A stretch of 50,035 bases of DNA from Flavobacteriales bacterium (GTDB lineage: Bacteria > Bacteroidota > Bacteroidia > Flavobacteriales_F > PHOS-HE28), in the NCBI GenBank assembly GCA_044343855.1, contig JBIJDX010000001.1, positions 1-50,035 on the forward strand, written 5' to 3'. Position 1 is the stretch's first letter. Every line of letters starts with the position of its first letter. This document shows positions 19,406-29,076 of this stretch, one piece after another. A program made the translations under genes and the position numbers. Below the pieces are notes generated by a model. That model did no database searches. It had not been told where the DNA came from and was given only the letters and a program-made list of their open reading frames with translations.

Positions 19406-19429
19406 CCCGGTCGAGCACGGTCGACCGGG
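19406..19429 (+). terminator. Candidate terminator hairpin after the SPOR pair
   Basis: Perfect 9-bp stem CCCGGTCGA / TCGACCGGG with a 6-nt loop, 40 nt after the stop. There is no T-tract. Confidence 0.45.
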
Positions 19430-19483
19430 CAGGGCCGCACCTTCTAACTTCGTCACGGGAACACATCCTCCCGCCCTGCTGCC

Positions 19484-22400
19484 ATGGGATCACTTGTTCG
19501 TACCGCATTGCTGGTGCTGGCCATGAACGTGGTGGGTTGTGCCTCACCGCCCGCTCCGGACCTCCCCCCCGCCTCCTTCAGCAGGTATGTGGAAGCCTTC
19601 ACCGCAGGCAATATCTCAGCCCGGGCGCCCATACTCATTCGCCTTACCGAGGGTGTGCGATGGCGTGACACGAGCGCGCTTGAACTGCAACGTATCCTCA
19701 CACTCGAACCGGCCGTTCCCGGCACCGTGCGCTGGCGCGATCGCCGGACCCTTGCGTTCGAACCAACGGACAGGCTCGCACCGGACAAGGACCACACGGT
19801 GCGGCTTGACCTTGACGCCCTTGTTGAGGTTCCTGCCGATCACCGCGAATTGCGATATGCCGTCCATACCATCCGTCAGGGTGTGCGGTATGCCGCTTCA
19901 GACCTTGTTGGCACCGGGAGCGGAGGGCACCAGCTGCTTGTCACGGTTCGGACCCTCGACGATGCCGCTTCGTCGGACCTGCCGGCGTGCTTCACGGCCA
20001 CCCAGGACGGACGGCAGCTTGATGGGCAGTGGGTGCACTCCGAGGATGGAAGGACACATACAATGACCATCCACAGCGTGGACCGGCGCAGCACGCGAAG
20101 CACGGTGACGCTTTCGTTCAATGGGGAACCGATCGGTGTGGATGACCGTTCCGAACAGCACATCGCCATTCCCGCCGTGGGCGAATTGGGCATCATCGCA
20201 AGTGCCGCTCGGGATGACGGTGAGCAATATGCGGAATTGGTGTTCAGCGACCCGCTCGACCCCGCCCAGGACCTGGAAGGGCTTCTGGTACTCGGCAACG
20301 AACCCGTCCGGATCCACGTGGATGGCAACAGGGTGCTCCTGTTGCCCCCGCAACGACTGGACGGCGAGCATCCAGTGAGCGTGGGCCGAAGTATCCGCTC
20401 CCAACGGGGACTGAGGATGACCGGTGATACGGCATTCGTCCTCACGTTCGCCCCACGCGGTCCGGCGGTGCGACTTGTGGGTGACGGAACCATACTGCCC
20501 TCCAGCAATGCGATGGTCATCCCGTTCGAGGCTGTGGGTCTCCACCATGTGGAGGTCAGGATCCTGCGCATCACCGCATCCAACGTACCACAATTCCTGC
20601 AGGTGAATCCGCTCAGTGGGCAGAACGAACTGGCACGTGTGGGCAGCCTCGTGGCGCGTCATCTGGTGCCGCTGCGCACCGCAGACGCACCCGACCCCAG
20701 TACATGGAACCGTTACCACCTCGACCTATCGCGCTACTTCGAAGCGGAACCGGGAGCGCTCTACCGCGTGGAGCTTTCCTTCCGCCGCCAACACAGCGCC
20801 CTGCCCTGCACGGGCGGCAATGCCGACCTGCCCGATCTTTCCTGGGAGGAGGAGTTCAGGACCGAACAGGAACGCCATGACGCGATGGGCCAGGAATGGT
20901 ACGGCCACAGCTACTACCCGCATTGGGGTTGGGATGAGCCCGACCCCTGCAGCGATGAGTACTATCATGCGCAGCCACCCCGGGGATGCAACATGATCGC
21001 CAGCGATCTGGGGCTGATGGCCAGGGAGGCGGGACGGGGTGAATGGATGTTTGCCGTGGCGGATATCGTAACCACGCAGCCGTTGGCAGGTGTGGAGCTC
21101 ATCGTGCTCGGCCCCCAACTGCAGCAACTGGCAAGCCTGCGAACGGACGCCGACGGGATGGCAACGCTCAGCACATCCGCCGCCCGTCCGACCGTCATCA
21201 CCGCACGAAAAGGACGCCAGTACGGATACCTCCGCCTCGACCCCGGCAGTGCACTTTCCGTCAGCGAATTCGATGTCAGTGGTCGGCGGTCCCAACAGGG
21301 AATGAAGGGCTTCCTGTACGGGGACCGTGGTGTCTGGCGTCCCGGCGACACGCTTCACCTGGCCTTCATGCTGCAACATGCAGCAGCAGCCATGGACCAT
21401 CCCGTGGTGCTGCAGCTCTTCGACCCACAGGGCCGACCCGTGCATCGGATGGTGGCGGGCAAGGAAGTTCAGGGCCTTTTCCGGTTCAGTGTTGCAACGG
21501 AAGCCAACGCACCCACCGGTCTCTGGAACGCCCAGGTGCAGGTCGGATCTGCGCGCTTCGATCGCAGCCTGCGCATTGAGACCGTGCGCCCGAACAGGCT
21601 GCGCGTGCAGGTGGATGCAGGAGACAGACACCTGCACGGACCCGGACCTCATCCGGTGAAGGTCAAGGCTGAATGGCTGCATGGAGCCCTGGCCCGTGAC
21701 ATGCGTGCCACCATCACCATGACCCGCAGTGCGGACAAGCTTGTGTTCAAGGGATACGAGAATTGGAACCTCAATGACATCGCATCACATATCGGCGAGG
21801 ACGAATTGCTCGTGCACGATGGTCGCACCGGACCTGATGGCAACCTCACCTTTCCGCTTCCCGTGCCTTCAGGGGAAGGGGTTCCGGCCCTTGTGAAGGC
21901 CAACCTTGTAACGCGCGTCTTCGAGCCGGGCGGCGACGCGAGCATGGACAAAACCACCTTGACCATCGCACCCTATGGCCATTATGCCGCCATGCGCGTA
22001 CCACCGCCTTCAGGGGCGTGGGGCAGTTATTTCACGGATACAACCTACGTGGTGGAAATCGCCTCACTTGATGCGGGGGGTGCACCGGTGGGAGGGCGCA
22101 GGCTCGATGTGCAGGTGTTAAAGCTGGATCACAGCTGGTGGTGGGATGGTGCCGTGGGGGGCAGCGCCAACTACATGAGTGCAGCACACCACACCGTCCG
22201 TCAGGCGCAGTCCATCATGACCGACCCCGGGGGACGCACACGTTTCAACCTTCGTGTGGGGCGCGCGGATTGGGGCAGAACGGTGCTTCGCGTCACCGAC
22301 CCTGAAAGCGGACATGTGAGCGCACTGCTGCTCCATTTTGACTGGCCGGGCTGGGAGGGCCGTGCCCGACGCGAGGACCCCAAGGCTTCATCGATGCTCA

Positions 22401-25018
22401 CCTTCAGTGCCGACAAGGAGCGCTATGTCCCCGGTGAGGAAGCGATGCTCAGCATCCCATCGGCCGGTTCAGGGCGCGCATTGATCACCATTTCCACCGG
22501 GGATCGCCTGCTCAGCACCCGTTGGGTGGAGCTCAGCGAGCGGGAAACGAACGTCACCGTACCCATCACGGCCGACATGGCGCCGAACGCATATGCGGAC
22601 GTATGCCTCTTGCAGCCCCATGGCAGCGTGGCCAATGACATGCCCATACGCCTGCATGGTGTGTTACCGCTGTTCGTGGAGGACCCAACCTCCCGCCTGT
22701 CCCCCACCCTCGAGCTGCCCAGGAGCATCAGAACGGGCGCAGCGTTCAATGTGAAGGTCCGGGAACACACCGGCCGACCAATGTCCTACACCCTGGCCAT
22801 CGTTGATGAAGGCCTGCTTGACCTTACCCGGTTCCAAACCCCGGACCCGTGGTCCCACTTCAACGCACGTGAAGCACTGGGGGTTAGAAGCTGGGATTTA
22901 TACGACGATGTCATCGGTGCGTACGGCCAGCAGGTGCAGCGCATCCTGGCCCTCGGCGGCAGCGATGATGGAGGCCCCGTTCAGGGTGCACGCGCACAAC
23001 GCTTCGTGCCGGTGGTGCGGTATCTGGGCCCATTCACCCTCGGTGCACGCGGGCAGGGAGTACATTCCGCGGTGCTTGACAACTACGTGGGGTCCGTGCG
23101 CGTAATGGTGGTGGCCACCAACGGTGACGGAGCGCAGGGCCACGCAGAGCAACGCGTACCGGTCACCAAGCCACTCATGGTGCTGGCCAGCCTGCCGCGG
23201 CAACTGGCGCCAGGTGAATCAGTGGACCTTCCTGTGACACTGTTCGCCATGGAACGTCCTCCGGGTGCAGTGAAGGTGAGCGTGAGGGCCAGCGGTCCAT
23301 TGCAGCTGAACGGGCCGGCGAGCCAGCAGCTGACCATGGGCACCACCGGTGAGCAACTGCTGCGCTTTTCCCTGCGGTGCGGGGAGCGCAGCGGAAAAGG
23401 CCGCATCGTTGTCACCGCAGAAAGTGGATCCGAACGCGCAATGACGGAAGTGGAGATCGATGTGCGCGACGCAGCCCCCCTGACAAGCGATGTGACGCGA
23501 TCACTGGTTCAACCGGGTGCGGAGTTCACCATGGAAGTTGCACCGATCGGCATCACAGGCAGCAACACCGCGGAATTGGAACTGAGCAGCATGCCACCGA
23601 TCAACCTCGGCGACCGCTTGAAATACCTGCTCGACTATCCACATGGCTGCCTTGAACAGACCGTCTCCCGCGCCTTCGCGCAGGTATACCTCGACCGCAT
23701 TGTGGACCTCCCCGCTGCGAACCGCGAACAATTGCGCCTGCAGGTTGGCGACGCGATGCGCCGCGTTTCCAGGCTCCAGCGCTCCGATGGGTCCTTCAAC
23801 ATGTGGCCCGGTGGTGATGCGTACGACGGGTGGAGCAGCGCCTATGCCGGTCATTTCCTTGTGGAGGCGAAGCGAGCGGGGCATCCCGTGGAGCAACGGG
23901 TGCTGGACCGCTGGGTGGAACACACCAGGCAAAGCCTGCGCGATGATGCATCCCCGACATCCACGAACATGGAACGGGCGTTCCGCAACGAACTGGATGC
24001 CTACCGGCTTTTCACACTGAGCCTTGCCAAACGAGCTGAGACTGCAGCCATGAACCGCCTGCGCGAACGCAGGGACCTCAGCGACCAGGCACGTCACCTG
24101 CTCGCCGGCGCATATGCGCTGAACGGGCGCAGGGATGTAGCGGGCATCCTGATGGGAGTCGGTTCAAGGCTGCCGGTGCCTTCCGAGGCTGCTGCAATGA
24201 CCCATGGCAGTGTTCTGCGCGATGATGCGATCATGGCGCACGTACTGAAACTGATCGGACGCGATGCGGAGGCGCACACCGTGCAGCAGCGCATCGCCGC
24301 CACACTGTCGGGCGATCAATGGCATAGCACTCAGGGCACGGCCTTCGCACTCTGGTCCATTGCACAGGATGCACCGGGCAATGGAAAGGGGCTGCATTAT
24401 GCCGTAACCCGAGGCGGTCGGACCACGGAGGAGCGAAGTCACACCTCCCTGCGCACCATGGACCTGGGCAGGATCGACGAAGCCCAGCGCATCACCGTTC
24501 GGAACAACAGTGGGCATCCATTGCATGTGCAGGTGCTGAGGCGTGGAAGACCACGAACCGGAGAGGAGCAGGAGTACTTCCGCGGTATCGTGGCCCGCGT
24601 TCGGTTCGAGGATCGCGATGGACGTGCAGTGGACCCCGCCAGGTTGGAACAGGGTGCCGATGTGTTCGCAGTGGTCGATGTGCAGCACGACGGACAGGGA
24701 CCGGACCTCCGCGACCTGGCCCTGACGCAGATCTTCCCCAGCGGCTGGGAGATCCGCCCCGCCCGACTGGAGGAGTCCCCGGGTTCGGCAAGCACCATTG
24801 ACCACCAGGATATCCGGGACGACCGGGTGCTCAGCTATTTCGATCTCCCCCGAAGTGCATCACGCCGGATCCGGGTGGCACTGAACGCGTCCTTCACCGG
24901 AAGGTTCAGGTTGCCCGGAGTACAGGTGGACGCGATGTACGATGGGCGCATCCAGGCACGCACGAAGGGAACCTGGGTGGAGGTTGTACCGGCGGGAAAT
25001 GCATCAGCTATTCAGTGA
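19484..25018 (+). CDS. Alpha-2-macroglobulin family lipoprotein with intact thioester (YfhM/ECAM-like)
   Basis: 1844 aa. Lipobox LAMNVVGC and thioester motif YPHGCLEQ (Cys codon at 23648). Size and MG-domain-like repeats are typical of bacterial A2M. Confidence 0.92.
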   Translation: MGSLVRTALLVLAMNVVGCASPPAPDLPPASFSRYVEAFTAGNISARAPILIRLTEGVRWRDTSALELQRILTLEPAVPGTVRWRDRRTLAFEPTDRLAPDKDHTVRLDLDALVEVPADHRELRYAVHTIRQGVRYAASDLVGTGSGGHQLLVTVRTLDDAASSDLPACFTATQDGRQLDGQWVHSEDGRTHTMTIHSVDRRSTRSTVTLSFNGEPIGVDDRSEQHIAIPAVGELGIIASAARDDGEQYAELVFSDPLDPAQDLEGLLVLGNEPVRIHVDGNRVLLLPPQRLDGEHPVSVGRSIRSQRGLRMTGDTAFVLTFAPRGPAVRLVGDGTILPSSNAMVIPFEAVGLHHVEVRILRITASNVPQFLQVNPLSGQNELARVGSLVARHLVPLRTADAPDPSTWNRYHLDLSRYFEAEPGALYRVELSFRRQHSALPCTGGNADLPDLSWEEEFRTEQERHDAMGQEWYGHSYYPHWGWDEPDPCSDEYYHAQPPRGCNMIASDLGLMAREAGRGEWMFAVADIVTTQPLAGVELIVLGPQLQQLASLRTDADGMATLSTSAARPTVITARKGRQYGYLRLDPGSALSVSEFDVSGRRSQQGMKGFLYGDRGVWRPGDTLHLAFMLQHAAAAMDHPVVLQLFDPQGRPVHRMVAGKEVQGLFRFSVATEANAPTGLWNAQVQVGSARFDRSLRIETVRPNRLRVQVDAGDRHLHGPGPHPVKVKAEWLHGALARDMRATITMTRSADKLVFKGYENWNLNDIASHIGEDELLVHDGRTGPDGNLTFPLPVPSGEGVPALVKANLVTRVFEPGGDASMDKTTLTIAPYGHYAAMRVPPPSGAWGSYFTDTTYVVEIASLDAGGAPVGGRRLDVQVLKLDHSWWWDGAVGGSANYMSAAHHTVRQAQSIMTDPGGRTRFNLRVGRADWGRTVLRVTDPESGHVSALLLHFDWPGWEGRARREDPKASSMLTFSADKERYVPGEEAMLSIPSAGSGRALITISTGDRLLSTRWVELSERETNVTVPITADMAPNAYADVCLLQPHGSVANDMPIRLHGVLPLFVEDPTSRLSPTLELPRSIRTGAAFNVKVREHTGRPMSYTLAIVDEGLLDLTRFQTPDPWSHFNAREALGVRSWDLYDDVIGAYGQQVQRILALGGSDDGGPVQGARAQRFVPVVRYLGPFTLGARGQGVHSAVLDNYVGSVRVMVVATNGDGAQGHAEQRVPVTKPLMVLASLPRQLAPGESVDLPVTLFAMERPPGAVKVSVRASGPLQLNGPASQQLTMGTTGEQLLRFSLRCGERSGKGRIVVTAESGSERAMTEVEIDVRDAAPLTSDVTRSLVQPGAEFTMEVAPIGITGSNTAELELSSMPPINLGDRLKYLLDYPHGCLEQTVSRAFAQVYLDRIVDLPAANREQLRLQVGDAMRRVSRLQRSDGSFNMWPGGDAYDGWSSAYAGHFLVEAKRAGHPVEQRVLDRWVEHTRQSLRDDASPTSTNMERAFRNELDAYRLFTLSLAKRAETAAMNRLRERRDLSDQARHLLAGAYALNGRRDVAGILMGVGSRLPVPSEAAAMTHGSVLRDDAIMAHVLKLIGRDAEAHTVQQRIAATLSGDQWHSTQGTAFALWSIAQDAPGNGKGLHYAVTRGGRTTEERSHTSLRTMDLGRIDEAQRITVRNNSGHPLHVQVLRRGRPRTGEEQEYFRGIVARVRFEDRDGRAVDPARLEQGADVFAVVDVQHDGQGPDLRDLALTQIFPSGWEIRPARLEESPGSASTIDHQDIRDDRVLSYFDLPRSASRRIRVALNASFTGRFRLPGVQVDAMYDGRIQARTKGTWVEVVPAGNASAIQ

Positions 25019-26669
25019 CCACGAAGCGGAGCGTGGCACGCCCCCCGCCCCCATCCGCCACCAGGAGGTAGGTTCCCCGACCAAGCGCAGGCAACGCAAG
25101 TTCCGCCCTGGGAAATGCACCCAGCGACCGTTGCATGACGACACGACCCGTCGCATCGTGGAGGCTCACTTGGATGCGCCCCTGACATTCGGCACAACCG
25201 ATGCTGATCCGGCGCTCACCGGCCAGGTATGCCAGTTCCACACTGGACAGCGCCTCCTGCTCGGAGATACCGATACCGCCGCACGGCGTGTAGCTTCCGT
25301 TCTGTTGGCTGAAGTTGCCCGTGGGGCTCAGGAAGAGGTATAGTTTTTCCTCAGGCGGATTCGGGTTCTCTATCCAATGATGGATCATCCTGCCGAACAG
25401 GTCGGGCTCGTTGAGGCCCGACTGCGGTCCGCACGCATTGGTCGTGCAGCACGAATTACCGCCGGTGAGCGTACCCACCACGCGTTTGGACGCGTTGAAA
25501 AGCGGCGCACCCGACGAACCCTGCTCCATGACGCCATGTCCATTTGCCGTTGGCACCCAATTGACCCGCCAGTGCGAACCGGATGTGAAACCAGCCCACG
25601 ATGCTTCAGTGGCAGGTGCCGTGTATGTGCTGATGCACTTGGGGCCGGCGGACGGATGGTGGATGCTCACCGCATTGGCTGGAGGGAACACAGTGGACTC
25701 CCAACCCGCATAGTATGCATTGAAGGAAGAGGGCACCACATTGTTCAATTCCAGCAGGAGGAAATCGGAACCATAGGTGCCCCCACCCTGCGGCCCGGAG
25801 TCATTGCTATCCGCCAGCCGGACGCACCCCGTCATCACCTGTTCCGCAGAGGCCGTGCCGGTGCCACATCCGCGTTGGTAGTTGAACAGGAATTGATAGG
25901 ACCCGAAGTTGGCCGCCTCGGAATCCTCGCCGCAATGGAACGCGGTCAGCACCAGTGGCCGGCAATCCAGGGCCGTATTGTTCATCAGCGTTCCGGTGCA
26001 GAAGCCGGCACCACCCGGAACCACCACCCTGATACGAACAACGGCATCGCGCTGCGCCGTCCAATCCGAGCCTTCGCTGCAGGCGACATCCACCATGCAC
26101 GCACCTGTGCGCCCCTCCCGGGGAGCACGGTACGTGTGCAGCAACCTGCCCACACGGAAACCACCATGGAACGGGGCCCCTGCAGGCTCGAAATACTCCA
26201 GCACCAGCCGCTCCCCTTCAACGGGGAGCGAGGTGATGGTTCCAGACCTTGCGGCATGTGCCGATGTGTAGCCCCCCTGAAGCGTTCCACCTGCACCATC
26301 ATGCACCAGGAAGGCCGCACCGTCGGGAATATCCACTCCCTCGATGAACACCTCCACAGCAAGCGCTCCCGGTGAACGCAGGGCCACCCGCCAACGTCGG
26401 TCCCCGTTCGGAGCGGTGTACCACGCTCCACCCGTCACCGGGTCAACGACGCATGCAACGAAACGGGCATGCAGCCGCAAGCGCCCCTCGGAGTCTCGGC
26501 GCGCGTCGTCCAACAATGCGGCATTGCCATCGAACGGCAACGCCTGCACCTCGGGCACCAGTCCTTCATTGAAGATGCCAGGCAACCCGATGGCTTGCCA
26601 TTCCTGCGCGGCAGCATGCGGGCACACCAGGAGCCACAGGAATGCAATGGTTGATACGGATCGCCACAT
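25008..26669 (-). CDS. Trypsin-fold (S1, lysyl-endopeptidase-like) serine protease with a T9SS type A C-terminal sorting domain
   Basis: ORF 25008..26942 was trimmed to the ATG at 26669, which gives the signal peptide MWRSVSTIAFLWLLVCPHAAAQ. Triad candidates are LTAFHCG, DFLLLEL and QGSSGAPLF. The C-terminal roughly 80 aa resembles Por_Secre_tail (GTYLLV...LRFVVTE). Confidence 0.8.
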   Translation of the reverse strand: MWRSVSTIAFLWLLVCPHAAAQEWQAIGLPGIFNEGLVPEVQALPFDGNAALLDDARRDSEGRLRLHARFVACVVDPVTGGAWYTAPNGDRRWRVALRSPGALAVEVFIEGVDIPDGAAFLVHDGAGGTLQGGYTSAHAARSGTITSLPVEGERLVLEYFEPAGAPFHGGFRVGRLLHTYRAPREGRTGACMVDVACSEGSDWTAQRDAVVRIRVVVPGGAGFCTGTLMNNTALDCRPLVLTAFHCGEDSEAANFGSYQFLFNYQRGCGTGTASAEQVMTGCVRLADSNDSGPQGGGTYGSDFLLLELNNVVPSSFNAYYAGWESTVFPPANAVSIHHPSAGPKCISTYTAPATEASWAGFTSGSHWRVNWVPTANGHGVMEQGSSGAPLFNASKRVVGTLTGGNSCCTTNACGPQSGLNEPDLFGRMIHHWIENPNPPEEKLYLFLSPTGNFSQQNGSYTPCGGIGISEQEALSSVELAYLAGERRISIGCAECQGRIQVSLHDATGRVVMQRSLGAFPRAELALPALGRGTYLLVADGGGGRATLRFVVTE

Positions 26670-26675
26670 GATGCA

Positions 26676-26683
26676 CAAAGGTA
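26676..26683 (-). promoter_or_regulatory. Candidate -7 box (TACCTTTG on the minus strand) for the S1 protease gene
   Basis: The plus strand reads caaaggta, an exact TAnnTTTG match on the minus strand. It ends 6 nt before the ATG at 26669. Confidence 0.4.
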
Positions 26684-26715
26684 TCGCTGTGCCACACCTT
26701 TGCAGATGAATACGC

Positions 26716-29076
26716 GTGCCTGTGAAGTTCCGTGCCTTGGGAAGACCGATCCTGTTGCTGGCATGCGGCGGCCTCATGGCACTGGCATTGGTGCCGGTGG
26801 AACCGCTCTTCGAGACACCGACCAGCACGGTGTTGCTGGGCCGCGGCGGACGATTGCTTGCAGCCCGTGCGGCTGCAGACGGGCAATGGCGCATGCCCAC
26901 CACGGGCAGCGTCCCGGAGCGTTTCGCCACCTGTCTGCTCACCTTCGAGGACCGCCACTTCCACCATCACCGCGGTGTATACCTGCCATCCTTGCTAAGG
27001 GCGGCATACCAGAACTGGTCTGCCCGCCGCATCGTGTCAGGCGGCAGCACCATCACCATGCAACTCGCAAGGATGGCCGGTGGCGACCGTCCCCGCACTT
27101 GGGTGCAGAAGATCATGGAATCGGTGCTCGCCCTGCGCATGGAATGGCAGCTCGACAAGGTTTCCATCCTGCGCCATTATGCTGACAACGCGCCGTTCGG
27201 GGGCAATGTGGTGGGGTTGGAGGCTGCTTCGTGGCGCTGGTTCGGCCGTCCACCGGAAACGCTCGGCTGGTCGGAATGTGCCACACTCGCGGTGCTGCCC
27301 AACGCCCCTTCCCGCATCCACCCCGGAAGGGCGCGCGATGCGCTCCGGCGCAAGCGCGACCGGTTGCTGGATGATCTGCACCGCAACGGGACCATCGACA
27401 GCGTGGAATGGAGCCTCGCCCTGGAGGAACCCCTGCCCGATATACCGCTTCCCCTTCCCAACCTCGCATCGCACCTGCTGGACCATGCTGAACGCGAGGG
27501 ACGCGGTGGCCAGCGGTTGGTGTCCACCGTGGATGCCCATCTGCAGCAGCATGCGATCGATGTGCTGCGCAGGCATGCCCCGGCCCAACGTGCCAATGGC
27601 GTCATGAACGCCGCGGTCCTGGTGATGGACATCGGCAGCGGCGAGGTGCGCGCCTATGTCGGCAACCAGCCCGATGCGGGTGGTGCCGGGGGCGCGGTCG
27701 ATATCGTGCAGGCCGAACGCAGCACAGGCAGCCTGCTGAAACCTTTCATACATGCCGCCATGATCGACCAGGGGGTGTGGATGCCGGACCAACTCATCGC
27801 CGACATTCCAACCCAATATGAAGGCTTCGCACCCCGCAACTTCGATGAGGGCTACGACGGTGCCGTACCCGCATCGGAAGCACTGGCCCGGTCGCTGAAC
27901 GTGCCTGCGGTGCGCGCCCTGCGGCACCTCGGGGTTCCTGCCGCCATCCATACGCTCCGTGGAATGGGGTTGCGATCCATAGACCGGAGTGCTGAACATT
28001 ATGGGCTGGCGCTTGCCATGGGCGGCGCCGAGAGCAGCCTTTGGGAATTGACCGGGGCCTATGCATCCATGGCGCGCATCCTTGCAACCAACCAGGGTGA
28101 CCGTCCGATGCATGCCACGGCAGTTATGCAGCCACGGGTATGGCAAACCGCGGCACACCTGTCTGAGGAGCGCAAGCCCCCACCCCTTTCCGCTGGAGCG
28201 GTGTACCATACCCTTGATGCCCTCACCCGCACCAGGCGGCCGGATGCCACAGCAGGCTGGCAGCACTTCACCGGGCAGCGGACCATCGCTTGGAAAACCG
28301 GCACCAGCTTCGGCCACCGCGATGCATGGGCCATCGGATCGGATGGCGCACACGCCGTTGGCGTCTGGGTGGGCAATGCGAATGGTGAAGGCCGCCCCGG
28401 ACTGACGGGGTCCCTGGCCGCGGCACCCATCCTGTTCGAACTCTTCGGCATGCTTCCGCCAGGCAGGCCCTTCCGAACACCCCATGAGGACATGGTCCGC
28501 ATGGAAGTGTGTCCCCTGAGCGGTCACAAAGCCTCGGTCGACTGCCCGGGAACACGAACACAGCCCATCGCGCGCGGCGCGGCGCGAACGCGCCCATGCC
28601 CCTATCACCGTAGCGTACGGGTGGATCCTGTCACGGGAGAACGCGTGGCACCTGCGGCAGAGGGCACCACCGTGGCCTGGTTCGTACTGCCACCCGCCAT
28701 GGAGCACTACTTCGCGCCACGCCACCCGGAATACAGGCGCCTGCCCCCGCTACCCAACGATACCGATGCCGATGCGGGACCCGCGATCATCTACCCGGAG
28801 CATGGATCCACCCTTTACCTTCCGATAGGACTATCCGGGCAGCCCGCACGACTTGTCGCCCTCGCCACCCACAGGGAGGCTGATGGCAGGCTGCACTGGT
28901 CCCTCGATGGGGTTTCCATGGGTTCCACCGCCGCATCACACCAACTCGCATTGGAGCCTGCGAACGGCGATCATCTGCTTACGGTCACCGACCCCCGGGG
29001 TCATCAGGCAAGCGTCCGGTTCAGGTCGGTGATAGGTGCTCGTGACCGCGACACACAGGTGCGGACACCCCATTGA
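26716..29076 (+). CDS. pbpC: Penicillin-binding protein 1C (bifunctional glycosyltransferase/transpeptidase)
   Basis: 786 aa with a GTG start. GT51 motifs EDRHFHHHRG and GGSTITMQLAR, transpeptidase STGSLLKPF, and a C-terminal BiPBP_C-like domain (HWSLDG...LLTVTD). Confidence 0.9.
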   Translation: MPVKFRALGRPILLLACGGLMALALVPVEPLFETPTSTVLLGRGGRLLAARAAADGQWRMPTTGSVPERFATCLLTFEDRHFHHHRGVYLPSLLRAAYQNWSARRIVSGGSTITMQLARMAGGDRPRTWVQKIMESVLALRMEWQLDKVSILRHYADNAPFGGNVVGLEAASWRWFGRPPETLGWSECATLAVLPNAPSRIHPGRARDALRRKRDRLLDDLHRNGTIDSVEWSLALEEPLPDIPLPLPNLASHLLDHAEREGRGGQRLVSTVDAHLQQHAIDVLRRHAPAQRANGVMNAAVLVMDIGSGEVRAYVGNQPDAGGAGGAVDIVQAERSTGSLLKPFIHAAMIDQGVWMPDQLIADIPTQYEGFAPRNFDEGYDGAVPASEALARSLNVPAVRALRHLGVPAAIHTLRGMGLRSIDRSAEHYGLALAMGGAESSLWELTGAYASMARILATNQGDRPMHATAVMQPRVWQTAAHLSEERKPPPLSAGAVYHTLDALTRTRRPDATAGWQHFTGQRTIAWKTGTSFGHRDAWAIGSDGAHAVGVWVGNANGEGRPGLTGSLAAAPILFELFGMLPPGRPFRTPHEDMVRMEVCPLSGHKASVDCPGTRTQPIARGAARTRPCPYHRSVRVDPVTGERVAPAAEGTTVAWFVLPPAMEHYFAPRHPEYRRLPPLPNDTDADAGPAIIYPEHGSTLYLPIGLSGQPARLVALATHREADGRLHWSLDGVSMGSTAASHQLALEPANGDHLLTVTDPRGHQASVRFRSVIGARDRDTQVRTPH

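Noticed and set aside
27037-28725. A 562-aa minus-strand ORF inside pbpC.
   Set aside because: It is the same antisense GC3 artefact, with an Arg/Gly/Ala/Pro-rich translation. The plus strand carries GT51 and transpeptidase motifs.
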